A stretch of 57,819 bases of DNA, from NCBI RefSeq assembly GCF_004010195.1, contig NC_057749.1, positions 16,706,564 through 16,764,382 of the forward strand. The letters are read 5' to 3'. Numbering within the stretch: the first letter of the stretch is position 1; the number at the start of each line of letters is the position of its first letter. Made by a program: the position numbers and the translations under genes. The notes under the pieces were generated by a model. That model was not told the origin of the DNA, did not search any database, and saw only the letters and a list, made by a program, of their open reading frames with translations. Shown here piece by piece: positions 50,601 through 57,819 of this stretch. The DNA is from Chiloscyllium plagiosum. Its lineage: Eukaryota.

Positions 50601-52149
50601 ATAGGATAAAGTTTAGGTGGTTATAGGTGTGTCACCAGAACAAATGCAAAATCAAAGCGATAATAATTGATTTTTTCCTGTTACTGTTAGTACAAACACG
50701 TGATAATATCCCAGTAGCAACTTGCGTGTGAGGGAGTATTAACTACGGCATGAGCCACTCCCAAAAGCCAAACAAAAACAAAACATCACATTAATACTCC
50801 CTTTTTCTGCTATCCACCTCAAAGCATACTATGAATGAAGGGCCAGATTTCAGCATTAAATTTGTTTCCATGTTTCAGACAATTACAAGTTTACTTAATC
50901 ATATTCACCACTTCCAAAGCTCAGCATTTAAAATCTCAACGCCTGTTCCAATACTAATGAATTACAATTAGTTACTGTACATAAGGAAACCTGTTGCCAC
51001 ATAATTACACTGGCAAATGTTAAGTTTGAGCTCTAATAAAAGCAAAGCTACTAAAATTGGAGACCTGTTTAAAGTCAACAAATTCAAACTCAGAAGTACA
51101 GGTCTATGGACAAAGACTTTAAAAAACCTAAATACATTTTACAATCAACTATTTTTTTCTTTAAAATTTTTAAATCAAAATTTATTTTTAAGTCAGCAAA
51201 AAGATGCACACTCTTCAAAATATGGCAAGCATTCAAAAGAGTGCTGCTCAAGTTGCACCATTACGTGACAATGCATATTTGCAAATCAACCACCTCAACC
51301 TCACCACATCTCTTTCCCGGTAAACGGTGAATTATCTTTACTCAGAAACACGCCTGAAGTTTCAGGAAATGAGTACAGGCTTTGTTTAATTCAGGAATTT
51401 GGAAAGCATCCACACAGGTTTATTTGCAGGTTTGGAAAAAGTACAATAAAATACAAACAAAACTTTCAATTTTATAGCATCCTTCCATCTATGAGAAGTG
51501 ACGATCTTCATCTACTGTATCTTAGCCTATGACTGTGAAGATCAATCCTTCAGAAGCAAGTTCTGCCTGTGAATTTGCTATCTGACATTTGGAGCTGTCA
51601 TTTTGAGTGTTGACACCTGCCATCACTGTTGATTATTGTGGTAGTGCAGGCAGTCCACAGGAGATGCCATTGTCTTGATTTATTTTTAAAATTCCTCTCC
51701 AAAAGTAGAACATGAAGGTCTACAAGAATTCAAGACACTTCAAGCAGGGTATTTAAATATCTAGAACTTATTTTCTTCTGGTTAGAAGTCACCTGTTTTG
51801 CAAACAGGGTGTACACACATTAAAACAAGAACTGATCAACTCATGACCTCTGACAGCAGCAAACCTGGTCACTGTGATAAAGAGGAATACTGTATTTTGC
51901 ACACATCCTGTTCTCAATATGTACTTTATGCAAACAGTTTTTCAGAGCTCACTCCTAACTCAGCAATACTCCTCTACTCAAGTCAGAACCATGAATCCAA
52001 ACCTCATTCCCGAGATTTGGAAACAATCTAGTCTGACATTTTACAACAGTATGAGCAGTAATGTGGTGTGTGGACAGGACCATTTTTAGATTATAGCATA
52101 CAAATTGCTTACTAGAAACAACCAAAGTCTGTCTAGTCCACTTTCCACA

Positions 52150-52685
52150 AACCGCAACGGAACGGTTCAGAGAACACCTCTGGGACACCCGGACCAACCA
52201 ATCCAACCACCTCGTGGCTCAACACTTCAACTCCCCCTCCCACTCCACCAAGGACATGCAGGCCAGACCATAGCAACACGCCGGCTGGAGGAAGAGCACC
52301 TCATCTTCCGCCTAGGAACCCTCCAACCACAAGGGATGAACTCAGATTTCTCCAGTTTCGTCATTTCCCCTCTCCCCACCTTGTCTCAGTCAAATCCCTC
52401 GAACTCAGCACCACCTTCCTAACCTGCAATCTTCTTCCTGACCTCTCCGCCCCCACCCCACTCCGGCCTATCACCTCACCTTGACCTCCTTCCACCTATT
52501 GCATTTCCAACGCCCCTCCCCCCTACTTTTTATCTTAGCCTGCTGGGCACACTTTCCTCATTCCTGAAGGGCTTATGCCCGAAACGTCGATTCTCCTGTT
52601 CCTTGGATGCTGCCTGACCTGCTGCGCTTTTCCAGCAACACATTTTCAGCTCTGATCTCCAGCATCTGCAGTCCTCATTTTCTCC
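52150..52685 (+). mobile_element. Penelope-like element 3' fragment (GIY-YIG C-terminus + pLTR)
   Basis: ERFREHLWDTRTNQ...; TIATRRLEEEHLIFRLGTLQPQGMNSDFSSF. pLTR tail nearly identical to 3261-3389, but the hammerhead core has a 3-nt deletion (ctga-agggc). Confidence 0.9.
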
Positions 52686-52851
52686 TTAAAATTCACACAC
52701 CAGGTTATAGTCCAACAGGTTTAATTGGAAGCACACTAGCTTTTGCAGCGACGCTCCTTCAGACTATCACCTGATGAAGGAGCGTCGCTCCGAAAGCTAG
52801 TGTGCTTCCAATTAAACCTGTTGGACTATAACCTGGTGTTGCGATTTTTAA
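52686..52851. repeat. Palindromic mini-element made of two inverted Penelope-type pLTR ends, containing a minimal hammerhead motif
   Basis: 65-bp arms 52697-52761 and 52775-52839 with 2 mismatches and a 13-nt spacer. cacCTGATGAaggagcgtcgctccGAAAGCTAgtg at 52768-52802. Confidence 0.85.
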
Positions 52852-55640
52852 CTCACTGAATCTGTACATGAACCACCTCAATAACAACAAAGTGAGTTTT
52901 ATTTTTGGAAGTCAGGCTGTAACTTTTGTGATTTACGATGTATGGAGCCAGGATGCAGCCATCTCACTGGATGCAGAATAGAATCAAGGAGCTAAATAGT
53001 CTCCTCTTGTTCCTAATACAAAATAAAAGTCATGTCATTCTAAGTGATTGCCATATTCTACGAAAAGGTCAAATGTAGCCTTGGGCAAAATTAAACTGGT
53101 GAACATTTCATTGAGGCTGCTCTAGAAAATTACTCAATAGCATGAGAAAGCTATTGAAAATCAGAGTTCAGAATTACCACATTAGACCAGTAACCACTTT
53201 GTCTGTAACAATATCTCTCTTTTAACCCCAAAGCAGTAAGTTTATTTTACAAGTATGACTAACGTGAGTTTCATACACTTAAAAATTACTGTAGGAACAG
53301 TTCTAAATGTATTCAAAAATCTATTTCACTCAAGCAACTTGGTTATCAAACAAAAATGTCAGTGTAATTTGATGCTCAGCTCCTGTTGCAAAATACAACC
53401 TGTGATACAAAGAATCCAGTGTCACCAGAGACATTTTCAGAACTTTGAGTTCCCATTACACTTCCACCGCACCCCCTCCCCACCTCCAAACATACACCCA
53501 CCACAAGCATTTGGTGCCCTCTTTAATTGCAGATTTCCTGACTCAAGCAGATCTCCAGACAGGCAACACCAGCTAATGGAGATAAAAATGAGCAGCACAG
53601 AAAGATTAAAAGTCACCATAAATAACACTACGCCAAACTCCATATGAGATGATTAAAAGAGCAACATACATTTAGTTTAGCTTGTCATCTGAACCTCCCA
53701 TTTGCTTTAGTGACATTATAATGGTTATATTCACTGCTTTCCAAAGTATAGAGACACAAGCTCACTCTCAATCTGAAGCTCAAATTGTAAAAGACTACCT
53801 TGCTTATTGTTTTAATCACATTGTACATCTGTGAATTCTGAGTCCCAGCCCCTCATCAATGTCCTGTGAGCAATTGTGAATAACACGTTAAAAGAGCAGG
53901 AATACTATGCTGAGCCTCTTCAAACAATTGGCAATAGTTAGGAACATGATTTACAGAAACAAAAAAACACTACAGCACAAATAAGCCAGGCTAGTGTATC
54001 ATATGTGGACAGTCAGTTAGCTCACTCAAAACTGGATATTTACAAGTAGTATTAAATTTGAGAGATAATGGTTAAATCTACTTCCCAGTTTCCATATATC
54101 AATTAGTTTAGAAAAATTGTGGTCTGAGATTTTTTTAAATGGAAATAAAATTTGCACTTGTAGACAGTGCAAATCATTACTTTTAGTTAAGGATATTAGT
54201 ATTTAGTTACCTAAATACATACTTTGGATCATATACATCAAATATTAAACCTTGAATTACTAAAACTTCTATCACTACATGTGACGCACTTTCAGACATC
54301 AAAACAAAATGTAAGTCTAATTGCAACATAATGAAAATTGGTCGACATCTAAAGATCTGAAATTCACATACAGTGATATGAAGCTCCTTGTCCTATCTTG
54401 GAAGCATTATTCTATTGAGCTCCAAGAGTCCTAGTTTTCTCCTTACTTGTTCCTGCCTTGTAATACAAGTGGTAGCACACAGCAAAATTGCATTACTTTA
54501 TTACAACACAAATACCCCCATTCCAGTTTGTGGAGAGAGACCCAAGTAAGCAACAAGTAAAATCTATTCAAACTGTAGACTTTTGAATACAAAACTGAAT
54601 CTCCACTATTTTCCACCCGCTCAACTCTACTGAACAGTCCGTGCTTTAGTTTCTGTAGCATTAAAAATTGAGTATACAAATAATAAATGTGGGTTGTATT
54701 TAAGCAGAGAGATGTTTTCATTTCTCCTAAGTAATTATAAGAATCAGGAGATGAAAAATGTTGGACAAGAGTACACATACAGTGGGAACATACTCTGGTT
54801 TTGGTTATATAATGGAACTACACTACTTAGGAAATACCTGTAAGACAGTTATGTAAAATAGAAATTAGAGCACAATGACTCAATGATAAACCCTTCAGAT
54901 TGCATGAGTCTCTTGTCCACAGCCTCTCTATGTCGTGAATCCCTGGCAATGTTGTTGTAGATGAGAGAGAGAGATGTAACTGATAATCAGGCATGAGTAG
55001 TTAACTGAATAACACGTTATCAGAAAAACAAATTGGGTGAGACTAAAAATATTCATACAAAGTTATTGCAATACAGAATGCAGGACAAGTGACTACTTGA
55101 AGCAAAATCAGTTTCCTTGAGGCTATAAATTTATCAATTAGCCCATCATTCCTGTCGGATCTCTGAAGACAAATCACCTTTGCCCTTAGATCTTAGAAAT
55201 GTCTAATTGAATCCCTTTTTAAATTTACAGCAGATTCTGTAAGGAGTACATTCAAAATACAGGTAAACAATAGGAAGAAAAACAAACTCTAATGGGAAGA
55301 GCTGAAATTTCGGAGTTTGATCTTAAACCAAAAGTTTCGCCGGAACAAAACAAAGTGACCAACCTTCTGTGAACAGCTCATGCATCTTCCTACTGATTAA
55401 AATGTGAATCATCACAATATCGTCACCACAAATGACAAAGGGTTATTTCTTTAAAAGTCATTTAAACGTCCTGAGTTTTGAAATAAAGTTGCCAGGGATG
55501 CCTTTCTTTTTAAAATAAAAACAGGACGGGACGGAAAAGTTACTGTGAATTAACTCATTCGTTCGTAACTTATAAACAAAACGAGGCTCGCTTTTGGATG
55601 TGGTGGAGAGGGTGTAAGTACAGAGATGCAGTTTGCTCAC

Positions 55641-55811
55641 CTGTCCCAGGTTGATGAAGCCGTGCTCCCTGGCCACCCTGGAGGCCTCCTGCTGCCCGCC
55701 GGGGATCTGCACCGCCCAGCTGTTGGTGTAAACTTTCGGCGGGGTCGGGGAAGCAGAGCACAGCGCGATGAGGGTCCAGGACGAGAGGACGGCCTTCAGC
55801 CCCCACTCCAT
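55641..55811 (-). CDS. FURIN: First coding exon of a furin-like proprotein convertase (PCSK/kexin family): signal peptide + N-terminal part of the I9 propeptide
   Basis: Translates to MEWGLKAVLSSWTLIALCSASPTPPKVYTNSWAVQIPGGQQEASRVAREHGFINLGQ (57 aa), resembling furin KVFTNTWAVRIPGG...VARKHGFLNLGQ. ATG has a strong Kozak context (GGGATGG). It ends at a phase-0 donor CAG|GTGAGC (intron starts at 55640), the intron position conserved after GQ in furin/PCSK5/PCSK6. Family assignment is firm; paralogue is best-guess furin (PCSK5/6 have TNHWAV). The ORF-track extension to 55458 is intronic read-through. Confidence 0.85.
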
Positions 55812-56122
55812 CCCCGAGGCCCGGGTTCACAGTCCAGGGGTCAGGCGGAGGGTGGGGGGGGGGGGGGGGGATTGTCGCTCTCACACTCCGGCCAGTGCCT
55901 TCTCTTCGAGGGGAGTCCTCCCAGGAGCTCAGTCTCCTCCGGGGGTGGTTTGCACACACACACACTCCTCCTCTCTCCCCCTTCCCTCACTCAGTCCCGG
56001 AGGGAGGGGAGACCGGCCCCCGGTGACGGGATGGGGGTTAAGTCGAATGGCCGCTCACACCGTCTCCTTCGCCGGTCCTCCTCCCGCTCCTGACGGACCG
56101 GTCACTCGGTGGAGAGGGATGT
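55812..56122 (-). other. Probable 5' UTR part of the first coding exon
   Basis: GC-rich 311 nt with no upstream ATG on the minus strand. Begins at a candidate acceptor ...gctcatttaaaagaaaatattttctctcAG|AC (AG at 56124-56123, branch-like CTCAT about 25 nt upstream). This fits the furin layout of non-coding exon 1 followed by the ATG-containing exon 2. Confidence 0.55.
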
Positions 56123-56681
56123 CTGAGAGAAAATATTTTCTTTTAAATGAGCAAACGGTGGGTCAGTGTCCGAAAGCGGGCCCTCAGCGGCGGTGCCGGG
56201 TGTCCATGATGAGGCGACAGGGTGCTCTGTGTGTATGTGAGAGACAGACGGCACCGGGGAGCGGGCACACGGACACGGTACGGACAGCCTCTGGTCCCTC
56301 CCTCAGCTCCGAGCGAACAAACCCCCGTCCCCTCGCGCGCGTGCGCGCACACGTTCGGGCGGGAGGAGGGGAAAGGGTGTGCAGGCACGCGCCCGTTCCC
56401 GCTCGGTCAACCAATCCCCGCGCGCGACGGGAATGCGGACCGGCGTGGGATAGGCGCCGCCTCTTTCCCCGCCCACCCGGCCGGCGGACACGCCCTCCCA
56501 CCTTGTGCGCATGCGTAAGAGCCGATCACATGGTTCCTCCCAAGACGTCAGCCACCCGTTCCCATCGCCATGACGTCAACAACCTGGTCAACACTGTTCC
56601 TGGTTCCTTGACCTTCCTTCCCACGTACACTTGTCAGGGCACCAACTGTGAGGACAATAGCAGCAATTACAACGCTAACAT

Positions 56682-56773
56682 GCTCTAAGATCATGCCTGA
56701 CCCAAGGGCTAAGGACATTAGCATTGCTTGGCATGATAACAAGCTCTAAGATCATGCCTGACCCAAGGGCTAA
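56682..56773 (+). repeat. Direct repeat, 2 x 31 bp at 61-bp period
   Basis: GCTCTAAGATCATGCCTGACCCAAGGGCTAA at 56682-56712 and 56743-56773, identical copies. Confidence 0.9.
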
Positions 56774-56780
56774 AGTAATA

Positions 56781-57032
56781 AGATTAGATTTTAGATTACA
56801 TTACAGTGTGGAAACAGGCCCTTCGGCCCAACAAGTCCACACCGACCCGCCGAAGCGCAACCCACCCATTCCCCTACATTTACCCCTTTTACCTAACACT
56901 ACGGGCAATTTAGCATGGCCAATTCACCTGACCTGCACATTTTAGGACTGTGGGAGGAAACCGGAGCACCCGGAGGAAACCCACGCAGACACGGGGAGAA
57001 CGTGCAAACTCCACACAGTCAGTCGCCTGAGG
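56781..57032 (-). mobile_element. HE1-type V-SINE, 5'-truncated, young
   Basis: Nearly identical to 37607-37855; lacks the tRNA head. Confidence 0.9.
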
Positions 57033-57089
57033 TGGGACAGGATTCAGGTTGCAGCCATTTGCACTTTCCAGCCTGCTCCACCTTTCCAT

Positions 57090-57207
57090 CTGCATTTCAC
57101 CTGACATAGGAGCAGCGCTCTGAGAGCTTGTGATTTCAAATAAACCAGACTATAATCTGGTGATGTGTGACTCCTGACTTTGTCCACCCCAGTCCAACAC
57201 GAACACC
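57090..57207 (+). mobile_element. Decayed Penelope-type pLTR related to the 52686-52851 family
   Basis: cacctgacataggagcagcgctctgagagcttgtgatttcaaataaacc..gactataatctggtg parallels 52768-52838. Confidence 0.6.
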
Positions 57208-57285
57208 ATGGCCTAATTATTTCAACCCTTCTGCAATGTATCAGTCAGAAATGAAGTTTCATAAATCTGTGACTGTTATTTGATG

Positions 57286-57480
57286 TCATAGAATCATAGA
57301 GTCCTGACAGTGTGGAAGCAGGCCATTCAGCCCATCAAGTCCACACCAACCCATGAAAAATCATCTCACCCAGACTCACCACATCCCCAGAACCTTGCAT
57401 TCTCCATTGCTAATCCACTGAGCTTGCATATCCCTGGACACGATGGACTATCTAGTATGGTCAAACCACCTAACCTGCAT
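57286..57480 (-). mobile_element. Diverged HE1-type SINE 3' part
   Basis: catagaatcatagagtcc..cagtgtggaagcaggccattcagcccatcaagtccacacc...cctaacctgca. Confidence 0.65.
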
Positions 57481-57636
57481 AACAATTCTACCTCATTGAA
57501 AATTCAACAGCCCTGTATCTTGACTTGCACCAATTCATCTATACCCCAATGCCTCCTCACTGACATTGGTTCCTGGACTAGAAATACCTACATTTTTAAA
57601 TGTTCATCCCTATGTTCAAATCACCTCCATTGACCT

Positions 57637-57819
57637 ATTTGCTTCCTCAATGCCTGTCTCCGTAACCACCTCATCCCACACGGACTCCGGACCACCTTTA
57701 AACCAGCAGAGTTCGGACCCGAACAGGACAAACAGTACAGACTACAGATTCAAAAACACCAGCAACAGTTCTCCTTCAAGATCCTCCGCTCCACGCTTGC
57801 AGCAATGCGCCGGCACCTA
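57637..57819 (+). mobile_element. Open reading frame running off the window, probably the N-terminal region of a Penelope-like polyprotein
   Basis: Stop-free frame ICFLNACLRNHLIPHGLRTTFKPAEFGPEQDKQYRLQIQKHQQQFSFKILRSTLAAMRRHL. The FL..CL...LIP.GL pattern resembles PLE N-termini. Abrupt switch to CpG-containing sequence. Confidence 0.55.

Larger units (their letters stand above)
1..55640 (-). other. Probable large intron following the first coding exon of the furin-like gene
   Basis: Starts with GTGAGC. The expected next exons (IFGDYYHF..., ..WLEQQV.K.R.KR) were not found by eye on the minus strand. TE-rich non-coding content. Confidence 0.6.
55640..56600. promoter_or_regulatory. CpG island / promoter region of the furin-like gene
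   Basis: Sharp rise in GC and CpG against an AT-rich background. Motifs: GGGCGGGA (56357-56364), CCAATC (56411-56416), NRF1-like TGCGCATGCGTA (56506-56517), GACGTCA (56544-56550), perfect CRE TGACGTCA (56571-56578). Confidence 0.7.

Noticed and set aside
52686..52851. Palindrome as a pre-miRNA gene, terminator or TIR DNA transposon
   Set aside because: The arms match a PLE-type pLTR (related copy at 57090-57207) and contain a hammerhead core. No independent evidence for a miRNA.
55458..55640. C-terminal 60 aa of the 117-aa ORF
   Set aside because: Lies past the GTGAGC donor; convertase similarity stops at GQ.
55768..56688. 306-aa + strand ORF and overlapping ORFs in the GC-rich region
   Set aside because: Low-complexity R/P/G/A composition and no recognisable domain. 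Expected from stop-codon scarcity in a CpG island antisense to the real exon.
56682..56773. CRISPR-like repeat-spacer-repeat (31 bp / 30 bp)
   Set aside because: Only two units, vertebrate context, no cas genes; better explained as a tandem duplication.

Overview
Eukaryotic, AT-rich vertebrate DNA. The repeat content (HE1-type V-SINEs, their HER1/CR1 partner LINEs, Penelope-like elements) points to a shark or other elasmobranch. The only host gene I can support is a furin-like proprotein convertase on the minus strand. Its first coding exon (55641-55811; signal peptide plus start of the I9 propeptide, ending ...HGFINLGQ|GTGAGC) lies in a CpG island with CRE, NRF1-like, CCAAT and GC-box motifs. 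I found no further convertase exon by eye, so 1-55640 is probably one intron of at least 55.6 kb. That intron holds decayed CR1, L2/CR1-like, Rex1/Babar and RTE LINEs, SINEs, two Tigger/pogo-type MITEs and Penelope-like elements (PLEs) of at least three families with minimal hammerhead-ribozyme motifs. Most notable: (i) a TSD-flanked PLE insertion (30559-30883) that looks like an inverted copy of a neighbouring PLE arm, switching to a different subfamily tail at the hammerhead cleavage site; (ii) a ~165-bp near-perfect palindrome containing an intact minimal hammerhead core (52686-52851); (iii) a 4.7-kb three-level nested insertion bounded by a 12-bp TSD (20587-25297). Most ORF-track entries are spurious or TE-derived. 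Everything was read by eye, so repeat family names and many repeat boundaries are approximate.
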